A stretch of 64,000 nt of DNA from Perna viridis. Lineage: Eukaryota. The stretch covers positions 868,001-932,000 of the forward strand of contig CM074520.1 of NCBI GenBank assembly GCA_037379345.1, read 5' to 3'. Each line of letters opens with the position of its first letter. Positions within the stretch are counted from its first letter, which is position 1. Below the pieces are notes generated by a model, which was not told the origin of the DNA, made no database searches, and was given only the letters and a program-made list of their open reading frames with translations. Below, piece by piece: positions 1 to 10,851 of the stretch. The translations under genes were made by a program, and so were the position numbers.

Positions 1-972
1 GTATACTGGTCTCACCCTTCAGCGTTGTTGTTGTAGTTTGGTTGTATACTGGTCTCACCCTTCAGTGTTGTTATAGTAGTTTGGTTGTATACTGGTCTCA
101 CCCTTCAGGGTTGTTATAGTAGTTTGGTTGTATACTGGTCTCATCCTTCAGTGTTGTTGTAGTTTGGTTGTATACTGGTCTCACCCTTCAGCGTTGTTGT
201 TAAAGTTTGGTAATATACTGGTCTCACCCTTTAGCGTTGTTATAGTAGTTTGGTTGTATACTGGTCTCACCCTTCAGTGTTGTTATAGTAGTTTGGTTGT
301 ATACTGGTCTCACCCTTCAGTGTTGTTGTAGTTTGGTTGTATACTGGTCTCACCCTTCAGTATTGTTATAGTAGTTTGGTTGTATACTGGTCTCACCCTT
401 CAGTGTTGTTATAGTAGTTTGGTTGTATACTGGTCTCACCCTTCAGTATTGTTGTTGTAGTTTGGTTGTATACTGGTCTTACCCTTCAGCATTGTTGTTG
501 TAGTTTGGTTGTATACTGGTCTCACCCTTCAGCGTTGTTATAGTAGTTTGGTTGTATACTGGTCTCACCCTTCAATGTTATAGTAGTTTGGTTGTATACT
601 GGTCTCATCCTTCACTGTTGTTGTTGTGGTTTGGTTGTATACTGGTCTCACCCTTCAGCGTTGTTGTTGTAGTTTGGTTGTATACTGGTCTCACCCTTCA
701 GTGTTGTTATAGTAGTTAAGTTGTATACTGGTCTCACCCTTCAGCGTTGTTGTTGTAGTTTGGTTGTATACTGGTCTCACCCTTCAGTGTTGTTATAGTA
801 GTTTGGTTGTATACTGGTCTCACCCTTCAGAATTGTTGTTGTAGTTTGGTTGTATACTAGTCTCACCCTTCAGCGTTGTTATAGTAGTTTGGTTGAATAC
901 TGGTCTCACCCTTCAGCATTGTTGTGGTTTGATTGTATACTGGTCTCACCCTTCAGCGTTGTTGTTGTAGTT
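1..972. repeat. ~43-bp intronic minisatellite (GTATACTGGTCTCACCCTTCAGCGTTGTTGTTGTAGTTTGGTT), about 22 copies, truncated by window start
   Basis: Direct tandem repetition with 40-43 bp variants. It lies upstream of the first visible CWH43 exon, so it is presumably intronic. Confidence 0.97.
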
Positions 973-1006
973 GGCTTTTACTTTAGTTTATTTATGAAAA
1001 CTTGAG

Positions 1007-1508
1007 ATTGATTTATTGATTGATTGTTGGGGTTTAATGTCTGAGCAGCAACATTTCAGCTATATTCAGACAATGAACATGAATGATGATGAAATGAAAA
1101 AAAGGGATGGGAAGCAAGGACAATAGGGTTGACAAATTTAGATTGCCACTAGGAAAAGGGAGGGATGGGTAAAGTTGGGCAATTTAGCCTCTTGTGGCGG
1201 AGCGCAAAGGTTCCTACTCCTATCGAATACCACAGCATGGTTCTTAAATGTGCAAGGAACATGGCATCTTTCCCAACACGGTGTACCACTATGGTTTGCA
1301 GTCAGGTTTTCCATATTATAGCCTGACAACCCCAACATGTAACATGCCAGGGGTACCCCATTCCGCCACCTGGGGCACACATCCCAGTTGCTCTGTGGGC
1401 AGAGCGCCAAGCCTTCAGCTAGGTTTCTCAGCACTATTTAGTCGCCTTTTACGACAAGCTTGGCGCTGCTGCAGGCCTATTCTTTTAACACCCAGACCTA
1501 CATGGGGG
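1007..1508 (-). mobile_element. SINE-like non-autonomous retroposon with Deu/Nin-like core and (AATC)n tail
   Basis: Perfect 12-bp TSD TGAAAACTTGAG at 995-1006 and 1509-1520. The minus-strand 3' end is ...ATATAGCTGAAATGTTGCTGCTCAGACATTAAACCCCAACAATCAATCAATAAATCAAT. The internal CTTGCACATTTAAGAACC...TTCGATAGGAGTAGG resembles the Deu/Nin SINE core (from recall). Confidence 0.85.
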
Positions 1509-2224
1509 TGAAAACTTGAGTCAAACTTATCCAATCTTTTTGAAATTTTAAAACATTGTCCCTAGGAACATGCCAAGCCTTTTTGGAAAGAAGTGGGTAA
1601 AAGGAGGAACAAAGGAGTTATCATTGCTTGTTGTTGGTTTGATTGCCTTGATTATATATTTCTTTTGAAATTAGATGTTTTGAAATTGGGCCAATCCCAA
1701 AAAAATCAACTTTTTTCATTTTCAATTTTTACTATTGTATTCCTTTGGAAAATTCCTGCCTGCATTTTCCAATCAGATATAAGATATCTCTTACTGTTTT
1801 CGAGTAAAAAGGAGGTCAAAGGTGCCACACCCCAAAAAATAGACTTTTAAAATATTTTTGGAGGGGAAATTTTGAAAATATTTAATTAATTTTCAAATTT
1901 GTGCTATATTGTGTCCAAACCAGTTGTTGTTTCCATAGCGAACTATAAGTCCCAATGTTTAAGTGTGTCAAAAACTAACGTTGTGTCCACATTTCCCTCA
2001 ACTGTATAGGGTTTGACCAATGCAGTTGTATCATGCTCCACTCCACCAAGCTATTTATTGAACTTCAAATTTAATTTATAAAGATTTAATAAACTAGTAA
2101 CTCACTTTCTGTTTTTGTTAAGATCTCAAAAAATATCATATTGTCAATTTTTGATGAAAATAGACATTTAAAGTTTTGAATGTGTAAATGTCTAAATTCA
2201 TTGTAACATGTGTATTTATTGTAG

Positions 2225-2289
2225 AAATCTGATTCTATCCAAGTATCCTATAGTCAAATCAACACATCATTTGTTGCCTTCACCTCATG
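2225..2289 (+). CDS. CWH43: CWH43 internal exon (NLILSKYPIVKSTHHLLPSPH)
   Basis: TTGTAG acceptor, GTAAGT donor, conserved SKYPIVKS.HHLLPSP motif. Confidence 0.93.
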
Positions 2290-2448
2290 GTAAGTGGATT
2301 AAAACTGTAAGTCACAACTTATTTCTCTTTTATGATCAATATCGCACTGAATTGTTAGATAAAATTTATATTTTCTTTTATTAGAAAATACTCCCTTGAA
2401 ATTTCAGCTTATTTTCATTCATATCCATTGTATAATTTGTATTTGTAG

Positions 2449-2590
2449 GAGAACTTGCCCCTGCTATAACAGCTACAGTAAACATGTCTGGTGGTTTGGT
2501 AGATTTTGTTGTCACACATATGGGCAATGATAGAGACAAACTTGACAGAAAACTTCAGGCTCAGTTCCTAGCAAAAGAACTAGCTCAGTG
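2449..2590 (+). CDS. CWH43: CWH43 internal exon ([11 protein letters not shown]...[15 protein letters not shown])
   Basis: TTTGTAG acceptor, GTAAGT donor, GELAPAI and DFVVTH.GN motifs. Confidence 0.95.
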
Positions 2591-3623
2591 GTAAGTTGAA
2601 GGCTCAGTTCCTGGCAAAACAACTAGCTCAGTGGTAAGTTAAAGGCTCAGTTCCTGGCAAAACAACTAGCTCGGTAGGTTAAAGGCTCAGTTCCTGGCAA
2701 AACAACTAGCTCAGTGGTAAGTTGAAGACTCAGTTCCTGGCAAAACAACTAGCTCAGTGGTAAGTTGAAGACTCAGTTCCTGGCAAAACAACTAGCTCAG
2801 TGGAAAGTTAAAGGCTCAGTTCCTGGCAAAACAACTAGCTCAGTGGAAAGTTAAAGGCTCAGTTCCTGGCAAAACAACTAGCTCGGTAGGTTAAAGGCTC
2901 AGTTCCTGGCAAAAGAAAGAGCTCAGTGGAAAGTTAAAGGCTCAGTTCCTGGCAAAACAACTAGCTCAGTGGTAAGTTAAAGGCTCAGTACCTGGCAAAA
3001 CAACTAGCTCGGTAGGTTAAAGGCTCAGTTCCTGTCAAAACAACTAGCTCAGTGGTAAGTTAAAGGCTCAGTTCCTGGCAAAACAACTAGCTCAGTGGAA
3101 ATTTAAAGACTCAGTACCTGGCAAAACAACTAGCTCAGTGGTAGGTTAAGAAAGGCTCAGTTTCTGGCAAAATAACTAGCTCAGTAGATTAAAGGCTCAG
3201 TTCCTGTCAAAACAACTAGCTCAGTGGAAAGTTAAAGGCTCAGTACCTGGCAAAACAACTAGCTCAGTGGTATGTTAAGAAAGGCTCAGTTTCTGGCAAA
3301 ATAACTAGCTCAGTAGATTAAAGGCTCAGTTCCTGTCAAAACAACTAGCTCAGTGGAAAGTTAAAGGCTTAGTACCTGGCAAAACAACTAGCTCAGTGGA
3401 AAGTTGAAGGCTCAGTACCTGTCAAACCAACTAGCTCAGTGGAAAGTTAAAGGCTCAGTTCCTGGCAAAACAACTAGCTCAGTGGTAAGTTAAAGGCTCA
3501 GTTCCTGGCAAGAGAACTAGCTCAGTGGTAGGTTAAGAAAGGCTCAGTTTCTGGCAAAAGAATGAGCTCAGTGGTTACTTTATGGCTCAGTTCCTGGCAA
3601 ATGTACTAGCTCAGTAATAAGTG
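2558..3623 (+). repeat. 43-bp minisatellite, 25 units, made of the CWH43 exon 3' end plus its 5' splice site
   Basis: Unit GGCTCAGTTCCTGGCAAAACAACTAGCTCAGTG|GTAAGTTAAA. The first unit is the coding exon end and the real donor. Confidence 0.97.
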
Positions 3624-3755
3624 ATACTTTATGTATATATTACATAATTATTCTGAATAAAAATCATAATATGTTCTCTTTTTAAATCCATATACAGTGT
3701 ATTTAAATTTTATACTCAAGCACTACTAAACATAAACTGTTTTCATTGTACACAG

Positions 3756-3905
3756 TGAGAACCCTGTTGTATTTATGGGTTATGTGACATCCTCTCCAAA
3801 GAGTCGAGATTACATGGAACTCACCAAGAATGGAAATGTTAAAGATATTGATGATACAGACTATGATAGGTGGTGTGAATACCTGATGTACAGGGGCCTT
3901 ATCAG
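3756..3905 (+). CDS. CWH43: CWH43 internal exon ([12 protein letters not shown]...[13 protein letters not shown])
   Basis: CACAG acceptor, GTAGG donor, DRWCEY motif. Confidence 0.95.
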
Positions 3906-4123
3906 GTAGGCTGCAAATGGTTATGGGTAGGGAAATACAAGGGGGTCCTCAATAGGGATGTTTGATGGCAGAGGGGTAGAAACAATGATATGTTGTAATG
4001 TCAAGAAAAAATTAGGAGGATATAAATGGATGTATGACTGGGAGGAGAAGAATAGGACAGGAATTAGGACACATTATTTTAAGTTCTGTGGAAGTACAGT
4101 AATTCTACTGGAGAACAGAAATA

Positions 4124-4206
4124 GTATGTGTGTGGGATATAGGACAGTTGTATGTGTGTGGGATATAGGACAGTTGTATGTGTGTGGGATATAGGACAGT
4201 TGTATG
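4124..4206. repeat. 26-bp tandem repeat x3
   Basis: GTATGTGTGTGGGATATAGGACAGTT repeated. Confidence 0.9.
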
Positions 4207-4458
4207 GATTGTTGTTTATTATGACTCTAAAATAAAATGTAGAGAGTGTGCTCTTGTATTTTATTATTCACTGACCTACAAAGTAAGACCATTCTTATAT
4301 AACCTCATTGTGAACAATTAAAACATTTTTCAATTTACTTCTTGTTAACTTTAATTCAAGATTTTCAAGGTAAAGAGTTCAAGGACATGAGGTCAATTGA
4401 ATGCTATAGCCATTGTTATTATATCTTTCAATATTATTTATCCCTCTGTACATTAAAG

Positions 4459-4614
4459 GTTAGGTTATGCAAGAATATCCCATGGAGGACTAAGTGATAC
4501 AGAAGTCCAGTTAGGAAAGTTTGAAATTCCCCTGGATCCAAAGAATTACAAAGATAACAATAAGATGAGAACAGATCCCTCTTCAATTGATGAAAGTGTT
4601 CATTTTAGTAAAAG
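4459..4614 (+). CDS. CWH43: CWH43 internal exon (LGYARISHGGLSDTEVQLGKF...HFSK)
   Basis: AAG acceptor, GTAAAG donor, GYARISH..LSD.E.Q motif. Confidence 0.94.
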
Positions 4615-4824
4615 GTAAAGAACAATAAGATGAATAAAATACATATAATTGTTTGAATTTATTTTTTTTATTTTTCTGTGTAAACAGCGTAAAAAAAACA
4701 AGAACTTGCAATTATAATGTTTCAAAGTTCAAATATTCTAATGCATATGTAGGCATGGGGGTTTGAACACTTACAAAAGTTTATTGATAAAAAGGATTAA
4801 CTAAATGTTTGTATATTTTTTCAG

Positions 4825-4906
4825 ATTTGGAAAATACAGATCTGGTCATGCAAATGTTAAAAATCATCGATTTCACATGGATACACCTAAATACTTTATA
4901 CCTTGA
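4825..4906 (+). CDS. CWH43: CWH43 terminal coding exon (FGKYRSGH...HRFHMDTPKYFIP*)
   Basis: TTTTTTCAG acceptor, H.FHM.TPKYF C-terminal motif, TGA at 4904-4906. Confidence 0.94.
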
Positions 4907-7900
4907 GAGATTACAAAGATATGAAATAGGCTTGGCCTTTTGACCTCTACTCTGCTGTCTGCAACCTTTGTGACCTCTACTTTGCTTGCTTGTTGCTAGG
5001 TATGGAGGAGAGATTCTCATCAGATCTTCCTGTTTGTTTTAGTTTGTGTTTGTTCATGTCATATTTTCCCCCTCATGCCTGCTCTCATTAGTTAAAGTGA
5101 GATAAATGGTAGAAACATTGTAATACATGCACATGCACTGTTTACAGTAGAATATGTCTATTCAGACTTGCTTTATAAACAGAAATATTATGTGGGATGA
5201 GGCAAGTTGTTGGAAAATCAAAGTTAAAAATAGTGGCTGTATTAATGTTCCAGAGAATAGATAGTTTTTTATGTTAGTTTTACCCCAGCAACATAGTTTT
5301 AGAATGAGGTAATAGGAAATAACCTGTCTGATCATCTGTTTTTTTTTATACTGCCCTATGCATTTTGCTGAAACTTTACAGGAAGATTAGGCATCATATT
5401 TAGAATGATTATTGTCTGAGACTTACCCGGAGATAATCCAACTCATAGATTTATCATGTTAAAAGTTCAATTAAGTTTGGGAGGGGTGCTGCATGTTTTT
5501 TTTTAATGTCTAGTTCATTCAAAAATCACTGCACATAAATGTGATAAAGCATCATAGGCAGATCCAGGTGGTGTTGCTGAATGACTTTGATCCTCCTCAT
5601 GAAATTGAAATTAATTTAAATGCAAAAATATTTTTTTCATGTTAAAATAATGAAAAACTTCAAAAACAATACAGTTTGATAAACAATTAATACAAATGTT
5701 TCTTAGTTTTTATATTACATACACAATTGAATATAATACATATTTTTTTCTATTTTTTTCTTGAGAAAAAAATTGCCCTCCTTATAAATCTCTGTTCTCT
5801 TTCTTATTCACTGATGTTGTTAATTAATTGTTTAGATATTTTAATTGATTGTTTAATTACAATTATCTCCCACAGAAATTTTGTTATTGTTTTAAAACTT
5901 TAGTAAGTTTGTACATTGCTTAGCTGAGTTGGTGCAGTGCTCGCCTTTAGCCACTAGCCTGAAGCCCAGGGCTAGTAAAAATTGTTTCGGGCTAGTGAAA
6001 TGATGTGTACATTTCTATTTTGGGCTAGTTGAGTCCTATACAGTCCTTTATTATTCTGCTTAGCCATTGAGAATTTTGAAGGAAAGGACTGTTGGTGTTC
6101 ATGATATATGTGATAAAGTTTATGGTTGTTCTACAAAGTATGTATTTATACAACAGTGATATGTTGAACAAGAATGAAATGGCATATTTTTTATTCACAA
6201 AACCCACATGATTCTTACATTTTATTTGTCATGACTCCAACCTGAACAGTATTATATTGTGACTTACATTGATGAGAGGTGGAACGTGTCAGAAATACAA
6301 TGTTAACTGAACAGTTTAATGGTTTTGTTCTACAAGTTTATCAAGAATAATTGCAAAAATTTGTATATAAATTTTTGATAAATCTTAACACAAATTGTAC
6401 GTAGATTGTTGAGGTTATTAATTTGTCTTGGTGTTGTTGTATTACTTTTTCATTTGATTTTCAAGAATTGTCATCATTTTGTTATTGTGGATCTTATTAT
6501 TTTTGTTGTCGGGTTCCATCGGAACTTACTTTAAGGTGTGTTTACACTTGTTAAGACCTTTTTGTGATATCTGAATATATACACTGTTTTGTATTTAGGT
6601 TATATGCTGCTGCATTTGTTATGTTTCAACATGTCCATTCTTGTTTACACAGAGAAAGCCCTTAGAAAAATTTGAAATCTGCATGATAACCACAGAAAAA
6701 AGTTTGGGGTATTACCTTAAGTATTAGTCCATATCTACACCACATAATACTATGGTAACCACTGGTTGATTTACTTTATGATCTGAGTGAAGCATTTTAT
6801 TCTGCTTTGGCTGGTTGTACCTTTTTTGCTGCTTTTTTGTACATGTACTCAATATTAGAGTTTATTTAAGATTGATAAGCTTACACTTAGTTTGGTTGTT
6901 TTTATTTCTTTAATATAGTTATGTCTTCTGTAATTCTGTAATGGCACTTTTCTTATCATTTTGAATAGCTGTAATGATTTAAACAAAAGATTGAGATCTT
7001 TTATTTTTACATTGAATGGGAGTTTTCAATATTAGATTTATATTGGTTTTTTTTGTTTCCAAAATATCAATAGATTGTACTTCAATTATATATGCATGCA
7101 ATACTTTCTGAATTATTGAGCGACTCTTTTAGTGTTATCTTTTTAATAGACGTTTAACTAACAAAATCTTACTAAAAAGAAAGGTCCTGGTTAAATAATC
7201 ATCATTTTTTTAAACAGTTATTGGCATTGTTTTAGATGACAAAATTATGTGTACATATTTGTTGATGTAGATGATAGAAATTCTAACTTTTCAGTTATGA
7301 TTGCACCTATTGCTTTTTTTCTCAAAATTTAAACAATTTGCTAAAATCAGTGGTATTTAGGAATTTCAATGTTATACTGAATTCTGAATGTACAGATCTG
7401 AGACAACTGTTTTTATATAAGCAGACAAAGGATTTAGTTTTTGTTTAGTTTTGGTTGTAATGGTGTTTCTTCTGAAGAGGTTCTTATACTAATCATATTG
7501 CTTTTTTGTATTTAGAAATGAAGTAAACATGTTAACTTTGAAGAACAAAAATATGTTTCTGCTTTAATAAAAACTTAACTTTAGAAAATACAGGACAAAA
7601 TAGATAATTAGTTTGTATTATGGAATTTTAATATTATACAAAATGTACATGTATTTAAGGAATAGAATGAATGCATGTGAAATGTGTTGGAACTTCTAGA
7701 TGTTCTTTTCAGATCATCAGTGGTATTGTCTTGTTTGAAGTCAGAGCTAAAGTTTTCCTAAAAATTAAATCAAATATAAACATGTTATTTGATCTTACAC
7801 ATTGTAATTTTTAAGTAGACTTTTAATGAAGTGACCATGTGTTTATTTGTATCTCTGGAAGCCAGTCATCTAGCCCTAGTTTGAAAAGTGTTCTAAACAT

Positions 7901-9259
7901 CAAAATTGCACATATATATTAAACAATGAACTTGTGTCTTGTCTCTTTTTTGAAGATTTATAACATTTAATAAATAAAGTTTTTGAAGTACTTCCTCTGT
8001 TTATTTGAATGTATTGATTGAGATAAATAAACTGTGTGCTGAAACAAAGGATGACATGGAAAAAAAACAGACAAATTTTAGATGTTAAATACTTCATTTT
8101 TATACAACTGCAAGAAACTTGTGGTCATACAATGGTATCATGCTTTCATCCTCATCCTTAAGTGTTTAGTATGCATAAATGTATGGATACAACACGGTGC
8201 TCTACTACAAAAGAAAGGCTGGAATTTGTTGTGGTAAGAAGGGCCATAACAAGCATTTTCATGACATACAAACAATCTTTATGGAATTATACAGGAAGGT
8301 GCCATACCACAAATGGGCTGGGATTGAACTTTGGGGTTCTTTTATGAATAAGGGACTAAAAGGAGGCCATTGATTCTGTACTAGCCCCAACTGTTTTTGG
8401 TTTGACCTCGGGGGTCATATCAAACTGTGTAGTGAAACATTTTCCTTTATGTCATGTTAAAGCTCACATTCCAGCAGTAAAAACAAAGATCCTAATATTC
8501 AAAGCTTTCCATAGAGAATCAAGAAGACAGATATATTTTGAGTATACCTGAAGCAGACGAGTTGTGTTGAAATCCTACCATATCCTTAATCACGCAAAAA
8601 CAAGATTATTCTTGATATTGATTTGGTTCCAAAAATGTATATAAAATATAATGCATACATAATCAAATACAAAAATACCGATCACATTGATACTACTAAT
8701 TTTTATATGCTGTACATGCGTTAAAGGAGTAAAGTTTCCTCAATAGCATTAGAATCAAATATGTAAACAAATCTAAATCAAAAAGTAATTGTATAGAAGA
8801 AATACTCAAAACCAAAACTATTGAAATACCATTCACTGAATTATTGATCTGAGAAGGAGAACTCGCACGTGTTTCTATCTTAAGATGGAAATTGAATTGC
8901 TTTTTCGTGAAATAAGGTGAGTTTGGGGCTCTGGTTTCTGACAAGGTTACATAGTGAAAAAAGTAAGAATATTTAAGAGGCCCTCTTGAACAAAACAGTC
9001 AGGGAAATCAGACAACATACAAAACAGGTAATATACAACATAAAACATAATTACACGTGATTTCGAGCAGCATGAATCCCAATAAAATGGATGCTCCGGA
9101 ACAGTTGCTACCTAGTGCTTAGGGTAAACTTAACCAATAGGTATATTGATATTCAAAGTTCAACGTGGCATGCCAGACATGCACTGTACTGTGCTACTGG
9201 TTTAAGTTCGTATACAGTGAAATAGGTATATTGCTAAACTATATACATAAGAACTACCA

Positions 9260-10330
9260 ACGATATGAATCATGTATCTTTATTGTCACTTTTTGACACT
9301 TATATTAATAGTGTACTGAGTTCTGGTTGTGAAATATGGAGCGCTTAAAAGGCTCCAGCTATAGAGAGAATACATTTGAAATATTGTGAAACTATTTTGA
9401 AAGTAAAAGGCTCTACGAATAATGTCATGGTTTACTATGAGCTAGGCAAAATTCCGTTGTTGTATATTAGAAAGTGCAGAATTTTCAAATATTGGTTCTA
9501 ATTATTATGTACTTCAAATTGAAAAAAATGTTATATAGTTTTAGATGAACAGTTGTTGAAATGTCCTAGAAATAGTACTTATTATCACGAATGAGCTTTC
9601 CAGGATAGGTCTTGGTGATATTTGATTTAACTGGGAGTCTTTCACAGACACAAAGGTCTGCAATTCTTTTTTTTTTATTTTTGATCAAGCAACGCTTATA
9701 TGATTGTCAGAAACAAGAGTTTGATAGTCTCTTGAGAAGTTCAAGTATATGTATTAGTTATCAATACATGCTTCAGAGTTTTTGCCTTCAGTATTATTTA
9801 TGTAAATCTATACCAGATGTATATAAAAATGTATTACTAAGTTAAGATTTAGCAGTCATAATTTAGCTATTGAGTGCGGTCGTTTTTAGTTATAATTTAG
9901 CTATTGAGTGCGGTCGTTTTTAGTTATAATTTAGCTGTTGAGTGCGGTCGTTTTTAGTCATAATTTAGCTATTGAGTGCGGTCGTTTTTAGTCATAATTT
10001 AGCTATTGAGTGCGGTCGTTTTTCCGCAATCTCTAGATACAAAAGACTTTGTTTATTTTGTAAAGATGACATCGAGGATGAGATGCATTTTGTGTTAAAA
10101 TGTCCTCTCTACCGTGGTTTCAGGTCGTGTTTTATTAAACCTTATTACTAGAAGAACCCACCTATGTTTAAATATGTTCAATTAATGAATTCTTGTCATG
10201 TTAAAGAACTTTGTAATTTGGGTAAATTTATATTTCGAGCTATGAAACTACGATCAGATATGTTATAACTTGATCAACATTACCTTCTGCTTACTGATTA
10301 TTTAATATGTATATTTTAAATTTATACCAT
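9260..10330 (+). mobile_element. Degenerate 5'-truncated non-LTR retrotransposon, ORF2 C-terminal region (RTE-X/CR1-group like)
   Basis: Broken frames give LFDTYINSVLSSGCEIW, IERIHLKYC..ILKVKGSTNNVMVYYELG, KLRFSSHNLAIECGRF and RLCLFCKDDIEDEMHFVLKCPLY...ELCNLGKFI. These are typical of the post-RT and zinc-binding part of LINE ORF2. Stops and frameshifts are present. Confidence 0.88.
9854..10023. repeat. 34-bp tandem repeat x5 inside the LINE remnant
   Basis: AGTCATAATTTAGCTATTGAGTGCGGTCGTTTTT at 9854, 9888, 9922, 9956 and 9990. Confidence 0.96.
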
Positions 10331-10702
10331 ATAATTATGAGATGCAATTTATACTCGACAACAACGTTGCATGTCGTCAGTTGAACAAAACAACGTTTAA
10401 TTAGCGTATTTAAGGCGAACGTCATAAAGCGCCATTCGATACACTTAACGACGTCGACGTCGCTCTGTTCAGAACAATGTAGGGCAAGCCTTCAAGGAAA
10501 TACTTTGTTAGGTTCAACCGCGCGATTAGGGTACCATAAGGTGAGTTTTGATTTGTACACATGCATAATCCGATAGTATATATAAGAGCAAGATCTTCAT
10601 TGTTTACTATATAATGCAATGCATGCCTGATTGAAATCTACACATTGTCATGTTTGTGTATTTTAGCGTTGGTTTTCAACGGAACTAGCATTTCTGTGAC
10701 TC

Positions 10703-10851
10703 CAGGCACGGATTCAGGCGGGCGCACCCGGTACACACCCTTCCTAAAATTGGGAGAAACTATATGCATAAAATATTGATTTTTCACGAATTCCGCCTCT
10801 AAAGCTTGTGTTGCCTATTGTCCCTAACCCGAAATCCTGGATCTGGCCCTG
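10703..10851. mobile_element. MITE with CAGG..CGGAT.CAGG-type TIRs (hAT-like)
   Basis: CAGGCACGGATTCAGG ... CCTGGATCTGGCCCTG, with flanks GACTC/GACCC. Confidence 0.7.

Larger units (their letters stand above)
2225..4906 (+). other. CWH43: CWH43/PGAP2-interacting protein gene, 3' part: join(2225-2289,2449-2590,3756-3905,4459-4614,4825-4906)
   Basis: All GT-AG junctions are in phase (595 nt). The spliced product [58 protein letters not shown]...[31 protein letters not shown]...HRFHMDTPKYFIP* matches the recalled C-terminal endonuclease/exonuclease/phosphatase-like domain of CWH43. Confidence 0.95.

Noticed and set aside
128-331. ORFs in tandem arrays (also 23002-23380, 34501-35263, 36619-36928, 40973-41176, 58021-58293)
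   Set aside because: They are by-products of minisatellite periodicity, with no supporting gene structure or recognisable domain.
1-3623. CRISPR-like appearance of regular 43-bp repeats
   Set aside because: Units are head-to-tail with no unique spacers, there are no cas genes, and the context is a eukaryotic intron.
8110-8550. GC-richer patch with short Cys-containing ORFs
   Set aside because: Stops occur in all frames and no family is recognisable. It may be a decayed insertion, but this cannot be supported.
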